DNA of 63,547 bases, filler included, from Intoshia linei (Eukaryota; Animalia; Orthonectida), in the NCBI GenBank assembly GCA_001642005.1. It is 4 parts of 4 records of this genome, joined end to end, with 100 filler letters (N's around TTAATTAATTAA, not from the genome) between each part and the next. Parts side by side here need not be neighbours in the genome. Positions count along the whole stretch, not along the records: positions 1 to 29,260 come from LWCA01000388.1; 3 more parts are not named here. One strand, 5' to 3'. The position numbers and the translations under genes are program-made. This document shows, piece by piece, positions 13,248 through 23,528 of the stretch. Each line of letters starts with the position of its first letter. Positions within the stretch are counted from its first letter, which is position 1. The notes under the pieces were generated by a model. It was not told the DNA's origin. It ran no database searches and was given only the letters and a program-made list of their open reading frames with translations.

Positions 13248-15460
13248 TTATATCCTATCAAATTCTTTTGATAATGGAATCCTATTGTTTATTTATCAAA
13301 ATATTTATAAATTTCCTTAAGTATTCATTTTATATTTAATTTTTTCAATATCTTAATAGTTATTTTATTATTAAATTATTTAATATTTAATTAAAATTAT
13401 TCATTTATTTTTTATTTGATATTCATCTGACTGATAACATAACATCAAATCAGCGGTTCACAATCACGGTTATCTGATTTTTTGATCCTTATATCTGAAA
13501 AATGTATATATGGTACTCAATTTTTCATAATATTTTCGTTTATATTGTCTCATCATCTTATACAAAAAGTTTTCTTTTTAGCTTTATGCGAAAACTTAAA
13601 ATAGAATTCAATCATTAATTTAATTAAAAGTTTTATTTAAATTTCAATAAAATTTTGTCGGATTAGGTTTAATATTCTCACAAGGACATTTTTTATTATT
13701 ATAGGAATAACAACCTATGATCCATTTGCAGGGTGACATTTTTAATTATAATACATAATTGATTATAATTACGCAGTTGAGTAATTGTTGATTCACTACT
13801 GGCATTGATGACGCTTTTCTAAAATGAACTAAAATTTGTTCACTGGATCATACAATTGTGTCCATCAAAGCGCATATACTTTTGTGGCGACTCTCTAACT
13901 CAGGCTGAACCCAAGTGGATATTTTGAAATTTATATTTTATTTTTTAACATTATTCAAAATATTTTTTGTAATATTAATGAACTATATAATTTGAGTTTC
14001 ACCAAATCAGTTTCATTTGAAAAGTCAGAATAGATATATAATAAGTTAACAATATTACTAATTTTTATAAAACTCCATAAGTCTTATGGCTTAAGAGATA
14101 TTTATTCATATGAGCTTAATATTTTTCTACTTTAGTTATATAAAAAATTGCACAACAAAATGAAAACTTGTTTCTAAGTTCTGAATGAGACCTATAGTAT
14201 AGGTCTTATACGATTAAAAAGTTGACATTTTTGTGATCGGCATGATACTACAGTTTTTAATTTTAGAGTTCGCTATTAAACGGTATGAGTTGACAACATC
14301 ATAACTAGGCTATTTCAATTAATCAAATTTAATTAAAGTATATATTGAGATATTTGAATTCTTTTTTAAATTCTTTTTAAATGTATTTAATTTTTCGTGG
14401 AGATTACATGATCATATTTTTTAGTTTTTAGCAAATATATATACCACATATCAAAAAATAATATTTAGTTGGTTTATTTCACAATAGCTCGGGGTAAAGA
14501 ATGTTTATTACATTCATCTTCTATGCCAGGGTGGGGGAACATGAGGCCTTATTGAAGATTTTGTTCGGCCATCAAATAAAAGTGTACATCTTTATTATTT
14601 TTAAATTTGATAATTTTCAATATCAATTTAGTAAATAGAAATTTCAATTTGACCTTAGCATTCTTTTATTTTTTAATAAAAAATTTAATTCTATGACCAC
14701 TAGGGCTATTCCAATTTGGACTTTTTTATGAAATTTAAAAACCCTCCGCGATTTTACTTTTGTCTGTTTGCCTAATATTTTTCATAGTAAAAGAATATGA
14801 CAACATTCTTCGCCGTAGTTTCCATGTATTTATTATTATTTTAAGATATAACATAGATCATGTGACACTAATCATATTAATTATAAAAAATTCAAGGACA
14901 AACTTTACGTCATTTTTAAAAAAATTATATAATTTCAAAAAAAGACATGAATTTGTGTGAACTGGGTCAAAATATTTTAAATGCTTCTACTTGAATATTT
15001 TTTAATACTATTGTAAAAAAATAATTTTGTTAAAACGATTTTAAAAATGATAAAATATAATTCATCACTTCTGTGAATATTTTATACTACTAACGGTACA
15101 AATTAGTAAATTATTCACTAACGAATTATTTAATTCATTCTACAAAATGTCCAATTTTAATATGTGTTTTGGCTACACCTGTAAATTTTTTTGAACGACA
15201 GATAAAAATATACATGGTGTATAAAAATATATGTATGGTATGAAATGATTATTGGTATTGATAACGTTTTTAAATTATCTGTAAATATTTTGACAAGTCT
15301 GGTACAGTACATAAATTCCTTTGCAGTGAAAGAGGAATACATTGTATACTGCATAGGGAATTATTTTTATATTATAATCATCTGCATAATGGTGATTAGT
15401 TTAGTTGTAAAATACCAATTTTATTTAAATATTGAGAAACACTGTAATATTATGTTATTA

Positions 15461-16387
15461 CTAGGTTGATGTTATGTACTACGTACAAACAGGACCTAGC
15501 TCTGCCGAGGGCCATTTTTATTATACTTAAAAAATAAATCACGTTGAAAATCTAATTTAAAAATTCTACTATTGACTATTATCAATCATTTAAAGGAGTG
15601 GTATCCCAAATTTGTTTCAGGCGGAACCATCATATCACATTACTTTTTAATTTAAAGTGAATTATTATATCTTAATTTTTTGTTTGTTAACATTTAAAAA
15701 TAAAGTAAAAACAGTCTAACCTAAAAATTGTCATAAATAGCATAAATTCCAGAAAAAATAAAATTAAAAAAACCTATTTTGTCATTTTCAGTTTTATTTA
15801 AATTTTATTCAAAATGTTTTGAAAATAAGAATTTAAAATTTAAAAATTGCTAAGGAATGAATTATATAGATTTTTACCCATATTTCTTTATTGGAAATAT
15901 GTAGACGTTCAATGCACATTTTTTTGAAATTGTAAAATCAATATTTACATTTTCAATTTTTATTTTAATCGAAATATTTGAAAAATATTGGTTGAATATA
16001 TTAAAAGTATTTTTCACCCGGGAATGCGTAGATTCCTCGGGTTACTTTTATATTTATATCAACGGGAATAAGCTATATCAGAATAATATCCTTTTTGAAT
16101 TTTCGGACCTTAATTATTTCACATTTTTTGTTTTAATAAAATTTATGACTACTAAAATGCTTTTTTGACCGTGAAGTCGTCATTTATTGGGATTGAAATT
16201 TTTTGTGTGTGTTAACAAGATACAACTGTACCACCTGTAAATTTTTTTAAATTCTAGGGCTGTTTTCATTAAAAAAAAAAGGATAATTTGTGGTTTTGGC
16301 CCGTAAGATGTGAGTTTGGACGGTTGAAATTTATCTTATTATACGTCCCGATAAAATTCTAAGACATATTATACATATAAGTTAGGA
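15461..16387 (-). mobile_element. Complete non-autonomous Helitron (927 bp)
   Basis: On the minus strand it starts TCCTAACTTATAT after an A and ends CTAG before a T, with no TSD. A subterminal hairpin (TGTAC-GTA-GTACA, extended by CTGTT/AACA) lies a few bases before CTAG. Partial copies occur elsewhere in the window. Confidence 0.85.
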
Positions 16388-16924
16388 TAACTTGTAGTAT
16401 TATGTATTTAAATTTACTTATAATTATTTAGTGTGAAACATCAATCTTAGAACTCATTTATAATTCCCTTGGTGAATACATAGCCTTGAGAGGTTAGTTC
16501 CAGATTTTGAAGATAAGTAAATTCGATTTTTGCTTTATCAATCTTAACATTCCAAATATAGAATGTATTAAAAAAAAATTTTGTCATATGGTGATTAAAT
16601 TATTCAGATATAAATATATGTGTATGACCACGATCGTATACCAGTTAATTGAATGAATATGTAATCGTCTTATGATAATTAATTCAAGAAATGAATATTA
16701 AAAATAGACATAAATTACGTTAGAACATGAGCGCTATCCGATACAGTATATTGTTTTACCCTAACATATTCCAATTTTCGAAAATTTGTAGCTACTTAAT
16801 TTTCAAAAACCTACAGATAATTATTGATGAATATATAATCATGGAAAAGTTATATTATAATTTATAAACACGATACAGTTGATATAAAATTTATTAAAAT
16901 AACATTGCCTAAATAATATATGTA

Positions 16925-17413
16925 TTAATACACTTTCTGGGTGGATATTGTAGATTTAGTATTGGAATTGTAATAATAAACATACATCATATGTCTTAAT
17001 AGCAATTGTTCCCACAACAAGCAAACAGTAAACCAAAGAGGTGCATATTCAAGTGCGACGAGACCATTTATGTGATATTTAGTATAACTACTATAATTCC
17101 AAGGACACGCACCAAAATACTCTAAAATATTTCCACACAAAAATTCCCAAAATATTGTCCAAACAGTATAAACCACACCACGAATTGGTATTGCAATGTT
17201 AGATGATTTCATAATGGTGTGCAATTTTTCGTTAGCCATGCCGGATAATCCATATATAAAAATTGCGTATATACTGGTGATACCTATTAATTTCACATTC
17301 CCATGAAAGTATAGCTCCCATAATGATGTATATATAACTTCTAGTAATATTCCATTCACAGCATACAAATAAAATCGGAAATACCACATGAGATGATTGG
17401 CGTTAGTAAACAT
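16925..17413 (-). CDS. TMEM229B: Transmembrane protein 229B-like
   Basis: RFYLYA..G...EV.YT..W, G.TS....IYG, RGVVYT.W...WEF..G..L..FGACPW.YS and ING...LEYAPLW motifs. Single exon. Confidence 0.92.
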   Translation of the reverse strand: MFTNANHLMWYFRFYLYAVNGILLEVIYTSLWELYFHGNVKLIGITSIYAIFIYGLSGMANEKLHTIMKSSNIAIPIRGVVYTVWTIFWEFLCGNILEYFGACPWNYSSYTKYHINGLVALEYAPLWFTVCLLWEQLLLRHMMYVYYYNSNTKSTISTQKVY

Positions 17414-17804
17414 GCTTTCAACCTATCCGTTATATTAAAATACTTGTAAATAATGTAAAAAAAATGGTGTTTAACTATCTATGACAACGTGTAATCGATT
17501 AAAAAAATTGAATTATGTTTAAAAATAAATAAGTTAAACAAATGGCATGTGCATAAACCCTTCAAACGTATAGTTAATGATTAATTGATTAGCATCAATT
17601 ATTTATGAAATAGCAATGTCGACTTATTCTTTTTTATAAAAATCGATAAAAAAAATGTAACCTGAAAATAGAATATATCAATATGTGTTATCGACCCTAA
17701 TGATAAATCGATATTTTTTTCTAAATTGGGGTTTTAAACCGTAACCCAAATTCACTTTTCGTAATTCTATGTTTAAATATACACAATATAAATTCACAAA
17801 TTTA

Positions 17805-18180
17805 TTATATGGGTTCAATTCTAGGTTCTTGTATAACAACCATCATGTAATCTTTGTCTATGTAAAATATAGCTACATTAATAAAATTGGCGTTTACCTG
17901 GAGCTATTATAATTTCATGGCGATGAGTACGAAGGCGCATAATAGTTACATCATTCTGAGGATCCAAATCACGAACAGTCACTCGTGCCTTGCTAATTAA
18001 TCTCAAAACATGGTAACACCAATGCGATGTTGTTTGATTGTCTAGGGTGGTTCGAATCGCTATTCCGTCACAATTCATGATGAAACCACCAATAACTCCT
18101 TTATAACTTTGCAATCTTTTAAATAAATCATCAACTTCCGACTAAACACTAATTAAACATAAAATTAATATTTTTACCAT
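17805..18180 (-). CDS. DYNLRB: Dynein light chain roadblock-type
   Basis: Exons: ATG only (18178-18180), 17898-18141 and 17805-17857. Protein MSEVDDLFKRLQSYKGVIG...IRTTLDN...KARVTVRDLDPQND...RLRT..HEIIIAPDKDYMMVVIQ. Confidence 0.95.
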
Positions 18181-18626
18181 TTCTTATTCAATTTTATTGT
18201 TTTTTGTTGCTATACCCTAAGTTTCTATGTATTAAAATTTAAAACAAAAAAATATACAAAAGAGTGTACCTCCTTAAAATAGTTAATTAGTAACAGATTT
18301 AACTAATATGAATCTCACTTTTTAAATTAATACCTTACTTTTATGTGTAATGTACATTTCATTTAAATAAAATTTTTATTTCGTTATTGAACATAAAAGT
18401 TAGATTGATGTTGATTTGTTATAAATATAAATTAAAAGTAAAGTTCTTTATTCAAGGTCTATTTAAATTAAAAATAAGCTTCAAAAATGTTGATTTATTT
18501 ATTAGAATATTAATTTTAGATTTTGATTTCAACATTTTGAGAAGGAAATGGTTTAGTCAAATTGTTTTAGAATTTAAAAAAAAATTTCCATTTTTTTATA
18601 TTTAGAATAATTTCAATTGATTAAAC

Positions 18627-19528
18627 ATGGATCTCAAGGGAAAAGAATTGCCTTACATTGAAATAGACATATTAAATCATTTTAAAAAATACAATGTACC
18701 GGAAAATACGCAATTATTATATAAAAGGGAAATGGCTTTAATTCAAACAAAAAATTTATTTGGTCAAAACTTTGAAACGCATTACCTAGAAAAAATTGTT
18801 TCTAATTTCGAAACGACATGCGAAAATATTTCCATTAAGAATTGGACTCATTTTTATAAATTTTTTAAAATTGAACAAGAGGACAAATATGTTTCAATAT
18901 TCTTACACTATGTCATGTCAATTTACAACATTTTGTACCATAAAGGTATAATATACAATGTATATAATGTAACTTGTAATTTTTTTTAATTTTCAATTTT
19001 GTAGAAAAACAAAAAATGTGTACTAGACGAATTTTCCTTGTTGGTGTGGAAAATGAGGCAGATTTGATGTATTCCTTTTTAATATTGGGACACCTCTTAC
19101 CAGAAACAAGTTTTACTTTAGTCATGATTGGAACAGATATAGATAACGGATATCTGCAATCACAATATGAAAAGCACAGATCGGTTTTTGATAAATATCA
19201 CTTAAAATTAGAGTTTTATTGTGGCCTTTTGCATAATGTATTACATGAACCTTTTAATGTAAATGGGGATATAGCCATTTGTTTGAATTCCGGATTTCCA
19301 GCATATCAAAACTGGAAAGAATCATTGGATTTTTTACGAAGACATGTTATTTCAACTTATTTAACGGAATATTCGACAGAATCTTTTATTTATACTCGAA
19401 AAATGCTCCATCATTATAATATTGGAAATGTATCCACATTGTCGAACGAGTTTAAATGCCCATTTGAAAAATATTCAAATTGTTATTCAAATAATGAAAT
19501 TGGAAAATTAGAATTTTATTTTCCGTAA
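18627..19528 (+). CDS. ZMYND15/MSS51-family protein (C-terminal domain)
   Basis: Exons 18627-18945 and 19005-19528 join in frame. Motifs NWTHFY, FLHYVMSIY, GVENEADL...LLPE..F.LVMIG, LNSGFPAYQNW and TEYS. No MYND Cys pattern was seen and the 5' end is uncertain. Confidence 0.7.
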
Positions 19529-19672
19529 AGAAACCTTTTGTTTGTATATCTGGTCTTTTTTATTAAATATATTTGTAGTGCTCGTCTAATCAAAGAGTTA
19601 CACGTATGGTTCTTTTTAAATATTTACTTAAAGACAGCTTCATTTAAAATTTATTTTACTTGATTTAAAGTG

Positions 19673-20587
19673 ATGCATTCGATTTTTTTTAGTTTTTTCT
19701 GTTTATTAGTGGCTGCAAACGGTATTTGAAATTTTTTTATTCTAATTTATGATTAGTTCAATCCGAAGCTTATGTAAATTCCCTTAATTCAATTTCATAC
19801 ATTTTTAGGACTGTCAAGTATTGGTAGAATTTCTGTCAAAGGTAAAATGTGCATTTCATGTATTAATTAAATATAGGAATCAGTTTCAAACATTTGCAAT
19901 AGCTATGTAGATGATACTTTTTTGGTAAAATGTAATTATATCAAGTTTAACCAATTTAGTGTGGTTTACTTGGACATGCCCATGATGTATTTCTAGACAA
20001 TATAAGCGTATTAATATTATATTTTGGTTTTTAAATTAAATTAGATTGCAACTTTTGACAAATATATTTATTGTGCAAAAATTCCAGAAATGACATTACC
20101 TTTGACATTGAAATTTGCAGAAATTTCCGTAATTTTATCAAAATTTATAATATTACCATTTGATTTAGGAACAGAGAAGTGCTGTCGCAGTTGCACACTT
20201 TTTTGAGATTTTTCTAGATGTAAAGCTTTTTTTATCAAAATTTTATTTTATTTTATTAGTCATTATGTGATTTGGTGAGATATAAACGACAAGACAAGTT
20301 TTATTGGTTTGTAAGTTTTTTTATTTATCATTCATATTTTTAAACATTGTACATGATTTCATCATGCTGGCAATATTTTATGCATTTTTATCATGTTTTT
20401 TAAATATTTAGATATATAATAAATTTTACCATTATTCAACTTAGTGTACTGAATTCAAACCACAGTTGACCAAGAAAATGCACCAATATGCAAAATTGGT
20501 AGATTAAATTTTATTATTCATCTAATTTAACATTAGATTATTTTACCGAGCGTGGCACTATGTTCACAGAATCATCACAATTTTTGA
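19673..20587 (+). CDS. Secreted 161-aa Cys-containing protein encoded by 10 micro-exons (saposin-like Cys spacing)
   Basis: Exons 19673-19721, 19757-19773, 19809-19841, 19877-19924, 19960-20007, 20045-20128, 20169-20219, 20260-20310, 20445-20498 and 20537-20587. All introns are GT-AG and the spliced frame is open from ATG to TGA. N-terminal signal peptide MHSIFFSFFCLLVAANVQS. Confidence 0.8.
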
Positions 20588-22360
20588 GTTATCATAAATA
20601 TAAATCATTTGATTTTAAAAATCGACAGGGCTGGCTGAAATGCTGAAATTTTTTAATAAACGACAACAATTTTTGCGCGATATATTGATTTCACATAATA
20701 TTTATGAATACATTTTCTCATTGCCTTTACTTTACTTTTCAAGACTCGTGTGAATTAATCAACTCGTTGTGCGTAAAGTAAAAAACTATTACTAATTTTG
20801 TCTCACATATCCGCTCTCCGTATTTAATCACAATCTTATGTTAAAGTTGTAGATAGAGTATATCTTCTCGAATAAATTATCAAAGAATTACAATACACGG
20901 GAAAATATAAATTTTAAAATTACCTTAGGCTAACCTTTAATTTACAATATTTAACTTTTAATTAATCTTTAATCTTAACATTTCGATTTCATGTACAGTT
21001 AAACCTATTATGTTCCTAATTAATTTTTATTTATATACCTTATTTACAAATAATAATTAAAATCTAAATGTTAATAAAATTAATAATTTTTCAATTCATA
21101 ATAGTATTTTTAATATTTGCGACCAGCTGTCTACGACCAGCACATTATTGCTGACACCAGCTGTACTGACTACCCTGGAAATCGGCTAAAAATGTGTTTT
21201 TTTTTAATGTTTTAGGATTTTAAAAGTTTAAATAAAAATTTTATTTAGATTTGATTTTTTTTTAAAAAAGCAGACAAATGAGTGCTTCGCTCACCTCTTA
21301 GAATTATTGATTTATTATAATAATTGTTTTTAGGAATTATAAAGAGTATGTGAAAAATTAATTTTTTTTTATTTTAATAAAATTTAATTCTACACGTAAA
21401 TTAATCATCATTTCATGAATTTTTATTAGTATTCTTAGGTTCAGACTATGGCATCTCTCTTATAGTCAATTATTATTATTGTACAAATCACTATTTCGCA
21501 GTGTTAGAGTCATAATGTTCTATTTGACTTTTTGACAAAAATGATGTTTTTGATGAAAAATGTTCTAAATCATATCTTTACATTTTACCAAAAACATTAA
21601 GCTTAAAAACGTAGTATTTTATGATATTACGAACACTTACGAATTCAATTATTAAATCTCGACTTGATAATTCTTTACAAAATTATCAAATTCCTGTAAA
21701 TAGTTGTAGTGAATATTCAAAAAAGATAGTAGGAAATCTTTGATTTTCTCTTATTAATTTTCAAAAAAGGGGCCCTAAAATTTTTTTATCGCTTCGTTCA
21801 AAACTTTAAAGTGCCTCCGGCCCATACCGCTCTGTCTATATAGATCATGTTTCACAACGTTTTTTATGCTAGGCCCCACTTTTACTCTTAAAATAATCCC
21901 AGGCTGATCCCACTGAAAAAAATTCGAATGAATTATAATAAAATAATGATAAAAACAATCTATAATCTATTCAATTATTGGCGTTTATTATTGGTGTACT
22001 TATAAATAGGTTTACAATAAGAGTGCAATTCCCTCATACGCAGACATTTTATTATTTCAATCTGGGAAATTAAAATTTTGCGAAACTGAAAAAGCTAAAA
22101 TACAATCCCAATTTATATTGATAAGAATGTTTTTATTTGTTTACTGTTGAGTCTGCGGTTGTCTCATTGCTCACATGCTCGTTGTCTGTTGCAGCGGTTT
22201 CCAACATACTTCATAGTTGGTACCCCTAAACTGAAAAAATATAATTTGGTACCCCATAATAATTTAATTTTAATAAAACTAAATTTTAATTTATTAGAAC
22301 ACAATTGTAGTGATTTACCGATTTTATAATGATAAAAAGGAAAATAAATAAATTATTTAT

Positions 22361-22860
22361 TTAAAAATTAATTAAAAAATTGCTACAATTAGTTATATCT
22401 ATATTTTGTACATTTTCGGTTAATGCAATTCCAAAATTTTTTTAACTATTCTGCTAAAACCCACATAACCTATAAAAAATATTAAACAAAAATAATTATT
22501 TGTAATTTTCTGCAACGTTTTCACTCTTCCAACGAAATTGTTTTTTGAGATCAAGGGTAGTTGTTCCAGTTTTAGCAAATGATGTAGCTGCAGATCTAAC
22601 TAATTATTAATAAGTTTTGTTAGTGTAATTTAATTTTTACTTACAAAAACAGTGGCCAGTGTATGAACTTGGCGAGTCTAATTTCAAAAATGTAGCTATT
22701 AAAAACACACCCTTCGGGTTCGTGCATTCCAACAAACTCGTATGAAATGTGAAAATTCTGCACTAGGCATGTAAATAACTATTACACAACCAATCTATTT
22801 ACATTTTACCATCAGTAGTATAATTAAATATGTTTTTGGATTAATATTCTCGTTTGCATA
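22361..22860 (-). mobile_element. Relic of a Crypton-like tyrosine-recombinase transposon
   Basis: Minus-strand IATFLKLDSPSSYTGHCF, then an intron at about 22600-22644, then RSAATSFAKTGTTTLDLKKQFRWKSENVAENY, and a C-terminal NIDITNCSNFLINF*. These match the H-x-x-R, W and catalytic Y region of the YR family. Confidence 0.75.
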
Positions 22861-23528
22861 GTTGTAACGAATTTTGTATTAGTAAAATAATTATTATATT
22901 GCAGTATATATAATATACAAAAGTAAATTTATTCAAGAATATCAGTCACAATTGACGCTAATGAAAAACCCAACTTATGGATATTTTTGTTATGCGGTTT
23001 TAGTAAAGATGTGATCCATCTACAACAGGCGTTCCTAAAGTGGTGATATTGCCCAGAGGGCAATTAATTCAGCTGCGGCAACTGGAACTGATTTAAAAAA
23101 TATTATGTAGTATATGATAATATAATATAGAGTGTGGCGAAAGTAGACAAGAGGTAAAATTTTAAAAGTATTAAATTAATATCATACATGCTGTGTTCTA
23201 GCATAATGCGAACGTGATTAGTATTTATTGACTAAATAATTTAAAGTATTTATTTACATAACCTATATAAAAAGTATAAAGAAACTTGTAGTTTTGTCAT
23301 TTTTAACGGATTGAATGAATAATATGGGATTCATTGCCAATGGTGTTCATGTAAAAATAATTTAAAAAACAATGAAATCTAGATTGTAATATAAGTATTT
23401 AAAAAATAAAATTTAATATTAAAAATGAACTACATATTTGAGTATTTGAATATATTAAATGTCTTTACATTAAACGTCAGTTAGTTTGGTTTATTTAGTT
23501 ATATATAGTAGAATAACTTGAAAATATA

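Noticed and set aside
13248-13420. AU-rich elements after TIS11 (autoregulation), and likewise CPE-like TTTTAT motifs after cyclin B
   Set aside because: Expected by chance at this AT content, so not supportable without transcript ends and conservation.
14760-15469. Short ORFs here and at 11713, 22147, 25837, 28536, 31214, 32517, 34611, 38468, 45674 and 56019
   Set aside because: AT-rich chance ORFs, antisense to real exons or inside repeats, with no motifs.
18047-18060. GGTTCGAATC tRNA T-loop-like motif
   Set aside because: Lies inside a DYNLRB coding exon, and no cloverleaf is present.
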